In this document: positions 13,596 to 28,625 of the stretch, piece after piece
Position numbering within the stretch: the stretch's first letter is position 1
Layout of the letters: the number at the start of each line of letters is the position of its first letter
NCBI RefSeq assembly: GCF_009914755.1
Contig: NC_060925.1
From: the human T2T-CHM13v2.0 reference genome, Homo sapiens
Reading direction: 5' to 3' (one strand)
Length of the DNA stretch: 64,000 nt
The notes under the pieces: generated by a model
Seen by the model: the letters and a program-made list of their open reading frames with translations, nothing else
Told to the model about the DNA's origin: nothing
Databases searched by the model: none
Translations under genes and position numbers: made by a program

Positions 13596-15099
13596 AGCTC
13601 ATGCTTACTGATGATGCGTCTTCAAATGAGGAGAGTAAAACATTGATACCCCTGGTCTCATACACTTTGTTTTCATTTGCAGATTTAGGTAGCATTCAGT
13701 CAGCTTGGCCCCTTTGTGGGCAGGATATTTTTCTGTATCATCAGAGCCTGGTGTGGAGGCAGAGTCAGGCTGGTTGCACAGTAAATGTTTCTTCAGTGAG
13801 TTAAAGTTACAAAAGTAAATCCAGCTATAAAATACAAGCTAACAAGTCCCATTGCTGGACTTTAAATAAAAAAAAAAAAGAGGAGATGAAAAGAAAAGGA
13901 TGCGTCGTGACTTTTAAACAGACTATTGACTTTCACTGGAGTGTACAGCTCACATAGTGATTAGGAATCTGCACCATAATTGTTCTTGTCATCCACACAC
14001 TTGGCTACAGTCGATATCTTTTTATCATATACATTTTTTAATCATGTATTAATAAACAAGAAGTTTGTATTATATTGATGATTGGATTATAATATTGACT
14101 AACTCCACAATCTCACACATGGCTTCTGAAAATATAAACAAGGTCAAAATGTAAAGATCACAGAGAGTGCATCAAAGACATAAATTAGCCTCTTTTCCAA
14201 CTCTCTGTATGACTTGTAGGAGAGCAGGAGAATTTTGAAGTTATTTGTTAATTAAATAAATGATTTGTTCTAGACCAAAGAGAATAACATAAATAAAGAT
14301 TAAATTAAAATTATTTTATCCTACTGGAATACTGAGTGGTTTTACTTTTGATAAATTTTGGTTGTGACTAATTTGCTGAATAGAATTTGATTTGGGCTGC
14401 TTTTAGAATCTTCATTGAGGTTATACAAAAATAAGTCCTCTGGCGGTTGGCAAACAGAAAATGTTCTGTTCAGGAAAGTGGATTTTACTTCACCACCTGC
14501 CAAAAAAATTAGGGTTTTCTCCTTCAAAGGCTGGGTTCTTGGAAGAATTAGAATTTTTCCCTTCCGCTTCCTGATATATCTTCTTTCTCTGCAATGCCAC
14601 CCTCCCCACGCATGGTGTCTACTCCTGGTGCAAGTTGCCCAGCATTCCAGAGATACTTCAGCTAGCTGGCTACACAGGGTGAAAGTACAAACTGTACAAA
14701 AGTAAGACAAATTATGCGTAGAAAAATCTCAGTATGATTCATTTCCAGTAGACAAACTCCCAAATACTGCAAACATTTTAACCATTCTTCTTTCCTCTTT
14801 TCTTGTCATTAAAACTTCTAGTGTAAACCTAAGGATGGTCCTCATATCATCCTTAGTTACTGGGAAACTGATGGAAACACTTCTCTGGACCCCATCTTGG
14901 CCACCTTCTTTACATATGTGGCCTGTGAACTCTGTCTTCTCTCTTGTAATAAACCATATTCCCATGCCTTCAACTTGATCAGGACACTCTGGAAACCACC
15001 ACCTTGGGTTTTATATCTTTCTTTTTCTAAAGGTTTCCTTTGATTCCCGGTCACTCTTCAAACTGATGTCTTCAGCTCTCCTTCTGTAGTATGATTAAT

Positions 15100-15250
15100 T
15101 GTGCCAATGTCAGTTTCTTGGTTTTGATAAGCTACCATAATTGTGTAAGATGTTACCATTGAGGGGAAGCTGGGTGATGGATACATGGGCTCTCCCTGCA
15201 CTGTTTTGCAAATTCTTTTGTCTGCAATTATTTCTAAACAAAAAAAGTAA
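15100..15250 (+). mobile_element. Old L1 (L1MC/MD-type) 3' end fragment
   Basis: TGTGCCAATGTCAGTTTCTTGGTTTTGAT...GATGTTACCATTGAGGGGAAGCTGGGTGATGG followed by an A-rich end. Confidence 0.7.
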
Positions 15251-15664
15251 AAATCAGATGTATTCATACTAAAAGTTAATTTCACCTACAGCTCATAATT
15301 ACATGTGAGTAAAAACGTTGCTGCACTCTCAAAATAATCATGCAACTCAGAATTACTGTTGGGGTGAGGTATTGGGGAGGGGAGATTTTTTTACTTATTA
15401 CAGGAGTTATCTTCTATTTTGAAGTTTTAACTGCTTTTGGAGAGGGGCTTTTGGGAGCTGGATGGTAGAGCATGAGGGGACAGGAGGAGAAACAGATTTA
15501 AGCACAAGCATAAGAAAGAGATCGCTTTGTGATGTCTAAGAAGGAGGTAACCAAAAGCACAAATACTTTGCATGTTCACGTAAAGTTGTCTTTCTCACGA
15601 TGAAATGTATTCAAATAGAATTAATACTTCTTTGGAGTTCTTCATTTGCATCTGTTAAATATGA

Positions 15665-15890
15665 TAATAATACCTTATGTATACAGTAATTTACAATTTT
15701 CAAAATTCACATGTATTATCTCTTTGATCTTCATAAAAATTCTGTAACACAGGTAAAGCAGTGATTATTATTCCCATTTAAATATGAGAAAATTGTGGAT
15801 CAGAGAAGATGAGTGTACTTTCTCAGGAGAAGCTAAGACTTGAACCTGTATTTTCTAATTCCTAGTCAGATGTTCTTCTTAATATACCAT
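15665..15890 (-). mobile_element. MIR
   Basis: ATTATTATTCCCATTTAAATATGAGAAAATTGTGG...GACTTGAACCTG is antisense MIR. Confidence 0.7.
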
Positions 15891-16497
15891 ATCTTATTAA
15901 AATATCCAAGTTTGGAATTTATTTTTATCTGGCTTAAGGAGCAAAAACTACAAAAATTGTTTACTTTGCTTTATCCTTGCTGGTGGGGGATAGGGGAGAG
16001 AATTACTTTAAATAGTAGCAATATCCTAAGAAATCACAGGCTGTGAAATACTTAATGAACTTTTTTCCTCCATATATCACTCTGTGACTGTGTCTCCTAT
16101 GAGAAACTCTCTGGGGCTGTCCCCCCAAGTCTCTCAGCTCTCTGTTTTTCTGGTAATACTTTGACCCTCTTCTCTTCCACCTTGGATATTCTTTTACTTT
16201 GCTTTAATTTAGAAACCAAGATTGTTTTTATATTTTATCTTACTTATGTAATAGAATTTTGTAGTCAAGCTTCTTAATTTAAAGAGAGAATTTAAATAAT
16301 ATTTTTCAGTTTCTCATTTATTAAACTACATTATTGATTTTTCCTAAGTGGCCCCTTTTAGTCTTACATGTGTGTTTGCTTTTGGTCCTAGATTCTACCG
16401 CCATTGACCTTCCCTAATCACTCAAGCCTATTTTTCACCAGAAAGTTCATTTTGAGCATTACAAGTGATATTCAATATATTAAAATTACACATATAA

Positions 16498-16845
<348 letters not shown>

Positions 16846-17324
16846 TAAGATCAGCTATACATATTATGTTATTTTTAAATCTGCAGATTTGATCAATAAC
16901 TTCAAAGGAGCATTTCAAAAATGTTTATTCCCTTTTACAGACTTATTGAATACCTTTAAGCATTTGAAAAGATTTATAATTTTATTTATTCTAGATTTAT
17001 TTTTAAATAATTCACTTATTTTTATCTGAATTAACAAATAAAACATTTGCAAGGAATAAATAACTTCTATACATCTAAGAGATTAAACATATGCATATAT
17101 GTATGGTAAACCCAAAATTTTCTTAGATATTCCAAAAAAATACATACATGTAGTAAGCAATCACCTTATATTCACAAGTCTAAAGCAATTGCTCAATTTC
17201 ACATCTTCAATAGGAGTTAGAAGGCTATCCCTCCATTAAAAGAGATTTTCTCGTAAAGATACATTAAATATCAAATATGCACATATTCCTTTTAGCATGA
17301 AATTTCAGCGCTATGGCTTTTTCA

Positions 17325-18596
17325 CTTTTTATTTTTAAATGTATTAACATACAGTAAAAATGACCCTTTTTTGGTACAGTTCTATGAATTTTAACACATA
17401 CATAGATTTGTGTAATCACCAATAAAATCAGGATACAAGACACCAAAGTTCCCCTTTAATTCCTTAAAAGTTTCCTTTAATTCTTTATATGACTGCACTC
17501 TGCCAATCTTCAAACGTGTGTCTTATAGCTTTCCTTCTGTAGGCTAACCTGCTGTGCCAATGTCAATTTCCTGGTTTTAATAATCTACTGTAGTTATGTC
17601 AGCTGTTACCAGGGGGAAAGCTGAGTGATGGACACATGGGACTAGTCTGTACTATTTTTGCAACTAATTTTGGGTCTATAATTATTTTAAAATAAAAAAT
17701 AAATGTTTCTGTGTTCTCTGTCTGGATGCGTTCCTGTACTCACAATTCATTTTCAGGAGAGAGGTTTATCTATTTTCCTACAGAACAGTTCCATTACTCC
17801 CAAAAGCCCCCATATGTAATCATTTTGTAACCACACCCTCTCTCTACCTACCTGAATTGCCAAAGAGTCACTGATCTGGTCCTTGTCATTATAGCTTCAT
17901 TTTTTCAAGAATGTCATAAAAATGAAATTATACAGTATATACGATTTTGTGAGATGGGCTTCTTTCACTCAGCATGATGCCTCTGAGATTCTTCCAAGTT
18001 TTTGCATTATTGATACAGTTTGTTCCTTTTTCTTGCTGAGTAGTATTGCATTGTATGGATGTACTACAGTTTTTTAATCCATTCACTTGTAGAAGGACAT
18101 TTAGGTTGTTTCCTGTCTTTTGCAGTTATGACTAAAGTTGCTATAAATGTTCGTGTACGGGTCTTTGGGTGCACAAGGTTTCATTTCTCTAGGGTAAATA
18201 TGCAGGAGTGGGATTGCTGGAATGAATAACATATGCCTAACTTTGTAAGAAACTGCCAAGCTTTTTTCCAGAGTGGCTATACCTTTTCAATATCAATGTA
18301 TAAGAATTCTAGTTACTCCACATCCTCACCAGCACAGTGTATTAACAATTTTTATTTTAGGAATTTCAGTAGATATGTAAGGGTATCTCATGGTGGTTTC
18401 TGCACTTCCCTAATGGCTAATGATGTTAACCATGCTTTCATATGTTTATTCTCCTTCTATATTCTTTTTGGTGAAGTATCCAAGTCTTTGCCTCCACACA
18501 CCTCCTTTTTGTTTTTGAGACAGGATCTCACTCTCATCACCCAGATGAAGTTTCACTGCGGCTTCGACTTCCCAGGTAGGAACATGCCACACACCC

Positions 18597-18652
<56 letters not shown>

Positions 18653-19955
18653 TTGAGACAAGGTTTTGCCATGTTGCTGAAGCTGGTCTCAAACCTCTGG
18701 GTTCAAGTGATCCTTCTACCTCTGACTCCCAAAGTGCTGGGATTACAGGCGTAAGCCACCATGCCCTGCCAATTTTTAACAGGGAGTTTGTGTGTGTGTG
18801 TGTGTGTGTATTATTCAGTTCTGGCTATTCTTTATATATTCTGGAAACAAGTCTTTTGTTGGATATGTGATTTGCAAATATTTTCTCCCAGTCTAGCTTG
18901 TCTTTTTTCTTAATATTGTTTTTCTGCAAGGCAAAAGTTTTAAATTTTGCTTAAGTTCAATTTATCTTTCTTTTATTTTTTGACTTGTGTTTTTGATACC
19001 ATCAATAAGAACTCTTTGCTGAATCCTAAGTTACCAAGACTTTTTCATATGTTTTCTTTTAGAAGTTTTTTTTTGGTTTTACATCTTACATTTAAACCTA
19101 TGGTCCATTTTGAGTTAATTTCTGTATAAAGTATGAGATTTAGGTTTAGGCTTATTTTTTGCCCATAAATGTTCACTTGTTCTAATGCCATTTGTTGAAA
19201 ATATTCTTTCTCCATAAAATTGATTAGCATCTTTGTCAATTGGCCCTATTTGTATGGGTCTATTTCTGGATTTTTAAATTTTCTTACATTGATCAACATA
19301 TCTACCCCTTTGTCAATACTCCACTGTCTTGATTACTGGAGCTATATAGTAAGTCTAAAAATTGAGAGGTGCAATTCTTCCAACTTTATTCTTTTTTGAA
19401 ATTCTTTTGGCTATTCTACTTCCTTTCCTTTACATATAATTTAGAACCATGTTGTCTATATCAACAAAGAATTATCCTTGTATTTTTGACAGGAATTATG
19501 TTGAACTTATACATCATTGGGGGGAATTAATATCTTTACTATATTGACTCTTCCAACCCATGAACATAGTATATATCTCCATTTATTTATTTACGTTTTC
19601 TTTTATTTATTTTATCAACTTTTTATAGTTTTCAGCTTATTGATCTCTTATGTGTTTCCTTAGATTTATATGTGAATACTTCATTTTTCAGTAGTATTGT
19701 AAATTTTACTATTTTCAATTTCAGTTTCCAGTTGTTCATTGCTACTATATAGAAATAAGATTAATTTTTTCATGTTAACTTTCTATGCTGCAACGTTGCT
19801 AGGCTCACTTATAAGTTCTAGATTTTTTTAAATAGATTTCTTGGTATTTTCAACATAGACAGTCATGTTGTCTGCAAGTAGTTTTATGTCTTCTTTTCCA
19901 ATCTGTATGTCTTTTATTTCCTCTTCCTACTTTATCACACAGGTGAGGACTTTTG
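17325..19955 (-). mobile_element. Old L1 (L1MD/ME-type 3' UTR plus ORF2 end), interrupted
   Basis: Antisense L1 3' UTR and ORF2 sequence, interrupted by an insertion at ~17442-17777 and an Alu at ~18506-18770. Confidence 0.88.
18506..18770 (-). mobile_element. AluJ-like, deleted right arm, expanded middle A-tract
   Basis: Alu left arm intact, right arm partly deleted, 51-nt T run at 18600-18650 in the linker position; (TG)n follows at ~18789-18809. Confidence 0.9.
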
Positions 19956-20001
19956 GTAGTCCCAGTCAAGTTTCAGTGTTCATATTTTTGGTCTAACATA
20001 G

Positions 20002-20334
<333 letters not shown>

Positions 20335-21393
20335 TAAATCTGTTTCTTATAAGTATCATCATATGAGGTTTTATCTTTGCTCCTTACATAGTAGTGTTCA
20401 CTTTTTTGTTTTCCACCAAAGGAGTCACCAAGGGAAACCAGATGAAACTGTGTTCATTCTTTATTAACTTTAAGCACTTTAAATGCCCCTACTTCCCATA
20501 CATACTGAAGCATACTAAAATTCTTTAAATAAAGATAAACGATCCTAATAAATCAGCAAAGATTGTCAAGTTCCCATTAATTTGGCAACTTTCTAATGAA
20601 GAGTTTACTTTATCTTTTAAGAACACTAGGATATTATAGCTTTTCAAAAAATTATGAATGAGATACCTGTTATGTCACAGAATACAGCTGGACATGGTTA
20701 AATTAATTGAATCACCTTTCAAGTAAAGAATATGGGGGAAGCCACATTCAGATGACTGGTGCCCCAAGCATGCGGATGTCAGGAGCCTAGTTCAAATTAA
20801 GGCAACTAGAGTGAACTTCAGATATCAGATTTTAGTCTCTAATTTGCTGAAAAGCCCAAAGAAGCCAGTTCTTGAGACTGAAATAAAGGTGGGTTCCTGA
20901 CACAAAGAATCAGGTACAGTGGCATAGTTGGAAGGTCAGTCTTGAGGAGTGCCAGCAGTAAGAGTGCCTCCAGTGATAATACTGGACTCCAACGTGTGGG
21001 GCTGAAATTCTTACTTAAGCTCAACAATGACATTCCAACAGTAAATAGGAATTAGAGGTGGGTTAGGGAGTAACCTCCATGTGGGGAGAGGAGGGATGAA
21101 TAGGCAATAAACCACACAGATTTTGATAGTGTGAAACATACGTGGCAGGTTTTATTCATCTTTACCTTCCCACTTTCACCCACCCCCGACAATGCAGAGG
21201 GGTCTTTATTCTTATTTCCAAAATCAATTTTTAAATTAGAGATGTTTATATTTGAAATGTTTAATTCATTTCAACTATGTAGATTTATGGAATTCATTCT
21301 ATTGATCAAATTGAGTAAATAACTTAAAAGTTCTGAAACTTCTACTTTGTTTCTAAATAGAAAATCTCTTTCATTTTAGCAAGTCTATAAATA

Positions 21394-21394
<1 letters not shown>

Positions 21395-21431
<37 letters not shown>

Positions 21432-21719
21432 AGACAGGGTCTCACTCTGTTGCCCAGGCTGGAGCACAGTGGCACAATCATAGCTGACTGCAACCTCCAA
21501 CTCCTGGGCTTAAGCAATCCTCTTGCCTCAGCCTCCTCAGTAGCTGGGACCACAGGTGAGGGCCACCACACCTGGCTAATATTTGTTTCTTTAATTTTTT
21601 ATAGAGGCAAGGTCTTGCCATGTTGTCCAGGCTGGCTTCAAACTCCTGGGCTCAAACAGTCATTCTGCCTCAGTCTGCCAAAGTACTGGGGTTACAGGTG
21701 TGAACCACTGTGCCTGGCC
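21395..21719 (-). mobile_element. AluJ
   Basis: Poly-T then GAGACAGGGTCTCACTCTGTTGCCCAGGCTGG with J-type diagnostics. Confidence 0.95.
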
Positions 21720-23949
21720 CCACCTTTTCTTGAAGAAGAAAATCATTTGACCACCTAGCAGTTATCTTAGAAACTTATAGGTGGTAAAGTTCAGGTATTT
21801 CATTTACCTAATTTCATTATTAGCAGCAGCCAAAGCATCGTTTTGGACAGATTCTTGGACAGAATCTCTGAAAAGAGCTCTCAGATCATGAAAAAACAAT
21901 TTATTTCTGTCATATATCACTTCATATTAGGTCATGATTCACCCTCAATTATGTTCTCACTTGAGGTATAGGTCTAGACCTGCCAGGATAGAAAGCATTA
22001 TGATAAAATGGGTTGAACAGTTAATCCCCACAAAGTCTGATCCATTCTAATGGTTCTATAATTCTGCTCAGGTTTCCTTTTACCTTATCACTCATCTAGT
22101 GTTATAGTATTGGAATATATGATCATTTACCTCAGAATAGCTCTCTATATGCTTCCAAAATGCCTACTGGGTAATTAAACACTTTTTTTTCCTCAAGAAA
22201 AAGATATTTGTAGAAATGCTAAAAATAGATCAAAATCTCTTTCTGAATTCAAGTCACTCATACAACTGCTTTGGCTCTCACAGCCTCCTAAAGGTCACCT
22301 GTGTGGTTATTTGCATTCCTTGTGCCATCAACAAATATAAATTAAGCCACCTGCAAGAAGAGGAACTTTAAATTTAGGCAATGGGCATAGACTGGGCCCA
22401 AAGGAACCATTTCCACTAAATGAGGCTATAAAAACTAAACATGACCTAAGCATTCTTCTGCCCTCCAAAACAAGGCTCAAGATGACAGTAAAGCCAAGAA
22501 AACATACTACCTAGAAGAAAGCAAAGGATGCGACAAATGCTCATCCCACCCTTTCTTGGTACAACAAAGCACAGATAAAATACAGCATTGGAAGAACCAA
22601 TGGTCTGATGCAGTAGCTTTTCTTCTGTTTCTCAAATGGTATTACTATTAGAGATTTACACATACGCAAACACACACCATTCTCACAGTAAAATATCATC
22701 TCTAAGATGTATTAGCAGGAGGCACCACCTCAAAAGACACAAAATAAGAGCTCTCAGAGGGTCATTACTTAAATATAGAACAGCATGTATTTCTCATCAG
22801 TGCATAATCTTTGTGTGTAAATGTATACAGTGGAGCCTCTCCAGTATCTTACCCCAGTAAATTCATATGAAATAGCCTGCAGCGATCCTACTAGGTAAGT
22901 CTGTATAGCATGGGGCTGGAATCAGCTGGAAGGCAGCTTAATAACAGTGGGGAAAAAGTAAGGCTATACTAGACATTTGGCATTGTACTATGTATTTTCT
23001 GTCTTTTGGGGTATAGTGTGGGCTTTTTGTCATAATTGCTTTCCTTAGAAATTTTTGAAAAGCTTTTAGGTTTCTTTTATATTAATTAACCATGAAAAGG
23101 AAAGTGTCTTCTGTATCTCCCTGCCATTGAAAAGTTGCATCAGTTTGCTTATTCCAAGACCAAACTAAAATGTTCTACACCAACATTTCCCAAAGGAATG
23201 ATATGAGAAAACAATTTTAATGTCCACTTATATTTAGAAATATTGCTTTAAACAAAGTTAAAAAGATTGCTTTTCTTTGGGGTTTTGCAGTGCCTGTAAT
23301 AGGTTAAGGCACATTAAGAATCTCCTAAAGTAAGACATAGTAGTCAGGGTTTCCAAACTTGCTTGTCCACAGAATCCTTTCTTGTGGAGCATCTATTTGA
23401 AACATGTTTTTCATAAGACACTCGAATTAAACATTGCTTCAAACAGGTTTCAACAGAAATATCTTTAAAGCTAGAAGATCTTGTTCTTCCTTCTTGCTAG
23501 CTGGTCCCAGGTGATTGGTGGCAGGGGCCAATCCGAATGTAATTTTGCCCTATTGTTTTCTCTTCATTGAAAGGATCTGCTTGGTTTGGTTTTACAGAAG
23601 ATGATACAAACATCCTCAACAAAACTGCACACTCAGCAGCAGAACACAATTTTGGAGGTACAAAGTAAGCAGCCAGCCTTTCCTTGGTTGATTATATATA
23701 TAAAAAAGAAATAACAGTGACAATTGATTGCAATGTAAAATTTGAGTGTGGAAAAGTCCTGCAAATTTGAACTATGGTCTTCCTTTTCTGATTTGTGTGC
23801 TATCCGTATATTCATATACAAGGTTTTACTCTGCGTGTGTACATTTATGTGAATAAATCCTCTGTAGTAATGCCACTTAAGATATACTGATGATAAAACA
23901 TATTCTGTACAGAAGAAATTCGAGTTCATTATACTAGACCAATATAAAA

Positions 23950-24130
23950 TCTCATTATATACATATTTCCTCATATAGAAAGAGAAAATACAAATACCTA
24001 TAAATATATATGTATATGTGCATATATAAATACACATGTATATATATATATAATATATAAGTATAACATATAAATATATATTTGATACATGAAATGTATA
24101 GGACATATGTACACACAAACACACATACAA
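23950..24130. repeat. (TA)n/(CA)n low-complexity tract
   Basis: Degenerate TATA/CATA repeats. Confidence 0.85.
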
Positions 24131-24914
24131 TGCAAGTATTGTGACATAAAAACAATTCTTTCTGTGTTCCCCTCCACCCAAATAATCAGATGGTCATTCC
24201 TTATAGTAATTCAATAAGGTTACAAATTCAGATCATTCTGTAGATAATTTTATTAACCTAAAATTTTACTTTAAGCCAGTTAGTTTTCCATGGAATAGAT
24301 GTAACCTGTGTCAACATTCTTGGAGACAGCCTAATGAACATAGGTTGTCATAATGTGCTGTGTTGTAGGCAAATCCAAACAAGGTGGAAGAAGCAGAAGT
24401 CATTCTATCTTGTAGACAGGGGATTCAGCCAAGAGTCTGACTAATGTTTTTCCAACTCAGTTGATGAATTTTTTGGTATCTTCTAGCTTCAGTCTTAGTC
24501 CCTGTGTTTTGAGGAAGTACAAATAAGTATTTAAGAACACACAAATTGTACAAATCTAAGAAATGCCAATTAGTGGTGCCCACAAACTCCTGAATTGAAG
24601 GGAGACATTTCTAGGGGAAGGAGGCATAGTAGAAAAACTGACCCTGCCTTCCTTATCTCCTTCCTTCTGTCCTTTCCTTACACAAAGTACCTTTTAATTA
24701 GACTTTAGGAGAAAAGTGAGGATGAAGATTAGTGGAAAGTTGGATGGAGGGCATGTTTAGTCTGCCGAGTGAAAAACAAATGAATGCAAATGACAAGAAA
24801 GTAAGTTTGGCTAGAGTAGAGGGTAAGTCCAAGAAAACAACTATACTTTGGTAATTTGGGGATGGGACATTTTTGTCTTTCATTTGATGAATCATAGAAG
24901 CAACTTGAGGTTTC

Positions 24915-25175
24915 AGTATATAAGTACATACTATAGAGTTATCTATATTAGCTATCAATCTATATATATATACATTGTATATACATATAAAGATATGTTG
25001 CATCCATATGAATATAGATGTGTTATGGATACATAGATAAGTTTAGATAGATACATTATATATGTGTATTGCTCTATATATCTATATATCATATATAGAT
25101 GTATTTTATATATAGGTATAAACAGACAGCTATAGATAGATGTACACAGTGCATATTTATATCTATATATAAAAT
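24915..25175. repeat. (TA)n/(TAGA)n low-complexity tract
   Basis: Degenerate TATA/TAGA repeats. Confidence 0.85.
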
Positions 25176-25335
25176 TTACTAACAAAAGGATTCTAGGAAA
25201 TTGACTAAATTACCATATAAGGGAGAAATAGAAACAAATTACATTTATAGAAATGAATCTTGTTACAGGAATTATTTTCCTATTTATATACAATGGTTTT
25301 GATTGAAATTTATAAATTAAAATTCTAATAATACC

Positions 25336-25435
25336 GCTTATGGGCTGAATTGTGCTTCCACAGAATTCATATATTGAAACCCTAACGCCTAGTGTGACTG
25401 TATTTGGAGATAGACCTTTAGTGGGATGATTAATA
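25336..25435 (+). mobile_element. MaLR LTR 5' fragment (MLT1B-like)
   Basis: TATGGGCTGAATTGTGCTTCC...AATTCATATATTGAAACCCTAAC...GTGACTGTATTTGGAGATAG. Confidence 0.75.
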
Positions 25436-26026
25436 CTGGCGCTCAATAAAAACTTTTTGAATTGAATCAATGACCTCTCAGGGTCCCTTTGTATCTTTCT
25501 ATGAGATTGATCATCTTTGCGAAGTAAGTCAGCTTTTCCCTACTCTGCAAAATATCAATCCCACAACAGAGCACGACTTTAAGCTTCTCCCAGCCCATGG
25601 CTGGACAACGTACAAGTTTAGCTCATTCACTAATTTAGAAATTGCTTGTCTTAAAAGAGTAAAGAAAAATGCTGCTTCATCAGCACTTTCTTGTTCTACC
25701 TCCTCCTTTTAAGTTCTAATCTACATCAGAACATCCATATCATCTCCCTTCTATCTTCTAGCTAGAGCCACTTGCAGGAAAGAAACAGTCCTAATAGTAG
25801 TATCTGGAATCTCTACTTTCTCTCCACCTGGATCATTTACGCTTCAAGTCTGCCACCAAATCCCATGCAATGGCAAATAAGGAGGGAAATCTGCTTATCA
25901 AAGGGGGGGCCATAAACTGGGTTCTCATAGGATATTTGCTTTACATTATGTTTTTAACAACATTTAGCAGTTTTGTAAATCATCTTCCCCCAGAAATATA
26001 CATTTCTGGTTCTTTGAAAATGTTGG

Positions 26027-26151
26027 AGCTAGGCACAGTGGCTCATGCCTGTAGTCCCAGCTACTCAAGAGGCTGTGGTGAGAGGATTGCTAGAAGCTAG
26101 GAGTTTGAGTCCAGCCTGGGCAACATAGCGAGATGCCATCTCTAAAAAAAA
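26027..26151 (+). mobile_element. FLAM (fossil Alu monomer)
   Basis: Single ~125 bp Alu monomer with A tail; degenerate TSD TGAAAATGTTGG / TGAAAAACATTGG. Confidence 0.9.
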
Positions 26152-27889
26152 CTGAAAAACATTGGCCTATTTACTTCCACTGTCCCATATCCGCCCACCC
26201 CAACAGCAGCCTACAGGTGTTGAGGGGTGACTGTTCTCCTTAGACTGGTCCTGCACTCTACAGCTAAGCCCAGGCCTGACTCATTTTAGGAATGCAAATA
26301 TAGATACCGCCTGCTTCCCTTTCTCATGGACAAAATCCATCAGATCCCTGGAGGCACTGGGTCAATAATGGGCATTGGACTTGGGCGTTTTGTCACTGAT
26401 AAATATGGGGGAGTAAATGCACAGAGGCAAGTTGGGAGTCATTTCTCCTGTGCTGTTGATTATGATGGACAGCTGTCCCATTCTCAGCACAGACATTAAG
26501 AAAAAAAAGGCTCAGAAACTTCCCTCCTACTTCATCCCTGGAGCCGACGCTCTAGGACCAGAAGGAAACCTCACTTTCTGAGGATACCTAGAAAGGAGAA
26601 TACAAAAGCATAGACCTGCAAGAACTGTGCTGGCCTGACACCAGGCCCATGCTACTGACCAGTCCCACCTCTGACCATGCCCAGGCCAGGGATGTGTTGG
26701 GTCATTTTGTGAGCATGAGGAAGAGGTAGACATCCTCCAGACTGAGAAACACCAACTCTAGATCCCCCTGGCCTAGGATTTCTTCTTTTTTTGTTTTCTT
26801 TGCTAGAGAAAGCATCTAGAGGGGCCTAAGAAGCTATGAAAATCAGGCTGAATCTTAGAATGAGTTCCATTTACAAGCTTCAACAATAACTTCATGTGTA
26901 GGGAATAGGGAATTCAGTTAACCTCTCTGTTCCTTGGTATTTTAATTTGTCTGAAAGTGATAATCATCATATTTAGTGACCTCCCGGGTGCCCTGAGCAT
27001 TAATGAGACAATGTGAGAAAATTATTAAGTTCTATGGTAATGTTAGTTCTAATTCTACTTTTTTTAAGCTTCTCATTTCTCTTTTAGGAAAAATTTGTTA
27101 AATAAAAATGCCTAGTACCACAAACAGTGTAGGAAAAAAACTAAAATCATTAGTGAAACAACTTTAGCAAAGAAAATAGCAAATTTACTCAGCCATAGAG
27201 GGGGACCTTTTTATACCCAAATCTAAAGTACCATCTCCTCTTTATCATTTCATCCCGGCCCTTTTGGGGAGCATAATTGTAACTTAATTTTGGAACTCTA
27301 TGTCTATTACAAATCCTTCTCTTCTAAATGATTAAAGTTAACAAAATATCTGAAATGTCTATGGATTTTTATATAGTAAGTGCTAAAAGATATGCTTGAA
27401 TGAATGAATGAAGGAATGAATGAAGGAATGAAAGAATTTTCATTTGTTTTGGTTTTAGAATAATAATAGAATAGAGGTAGAGGTAGAAAGGTCAGAAACA
27501 ATGGAAGAGGATTAAGAATGTTGCCCTTAAGTGCTATGACACTCAAAATCAGTCCTCTCCTTTTGTCAACCAACAAGTCCTAATAAGTCCCCACCATGTT
27601 CAGCATTGGGAGAGTAAAAGACCTGTGAGACATTGCCTCTTGCTTGAAACAGTTTAAAACCTAGTTGGAGAATCACAGCAAACAAATATGCATAAACACA
27701 TATGAAACAATGAGAAATGATGGAATATAAAACTCTGGATTGAGTATATGCTCAGCAGACATTTAGAAAAGGGAGAGGTCACTAGAGATTGATACAGTCA
27801 GAGAAGTCTTATGAAGGAGGTGGTACTGAAATTGATCTTTAAAACACTGTCTGGATATAGTTATAAAAGGAGATGAACTTGCTATATCC

Positions 27890-27990
27890 CCGTCTATTTC
27901 TCACATTAACCCTGTGAGGTTAATCTCTTTCCATAAATGAGGAAACAGCTCAGGCAGATTAAGTCACTTACCAAGGTCACACAATTGAGG
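27890..27990 (-). mobile_element. MIR fragment
   Basis: AACCCTGTGAGGT...AAATGAGGAAACAGCTCAG...AAGTCACTTACCAAGGTCACAC. Confidence 0.7.
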
Positions 27991-28171
27991 ACTATCTAAC
28001 ACAGGAGAGCTGTGTAGGTCTCTCCTCTACACAGCACATCTGTTCTGTAATGTCTGGATTGCTGCGTATCAGAATAATAGCCAAAGCTGGCCTTTTCTGG
28101 TCTGGTCCCTGCACCGTATTAGCCTCATCTCCCACCATCTCTCCATACGGCCTCAGCTTCAGCCACACCTT

Positions 28172-28625
28172 GTGTTTTAGAAAGATTCCTAGCGGGAAAC
28201 ACATGGCACACTTAAAAAGGTTTAACTGAAAATAATGAGGAATTATTCTTAGAAAAGTGGATATCTAGGGAAACCAACAAAGGCTGGCAAGGCACCTAGG
28301 GACTAGCAAGAACAAGAAGCCATTACTACCCCAGGACTGAAGAGGCAAGAGGAATAAATACTGATAACAAAGTCTGGAGTGCACTGACACAATGGAGTGG
28401 GGCCAGGCAACAGGAGCAATAGCTTTACACAGATACTGTCAAAATCAGTGAGAATAAGTACCCCAGCCTCTCCCCTGCCTGCCTTTGCATCTCCTACTGG
28501 TGTCTTCCATTGATCAAGTCTTTGGAAGACAGAGGTCAAGGGGATCTGAGAGATGCAGGCCAAAGAGGTCAGGTTCCTGGACACAGAGAAGGAAGGGCAG
28601 AGAACTGATCTTAGGGGCAAAAAGA
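28172..28625 (-). mobile_element. Old ERVL-class solo LTR (LTR33-like, subfamily uncertain)
   Basis: GGAAACACATGGCACACTTAAA...AGGGAAACCAACAAAGG...GGGACTAGCAAG...CCATTACTACCCCAGG resembles recalled ancient LTR consensus. Confidence 0.5.

Noticed and set aside
14342-15054. Overlapping ORFs of 65-122 aa in unique sequence
   Set aside because: No family similarity or convincing exon structure; consistent with chance.
23633-24181. Longest ORF in the track (182 aa)
   Set aside because: Y/I/C-rich translation of a (TA)n low-complexity tract.
26180-26500. Possible old hAT (MER45/Tip100-like) fragment
   Set aside because: Similarity too weak to call from memory.
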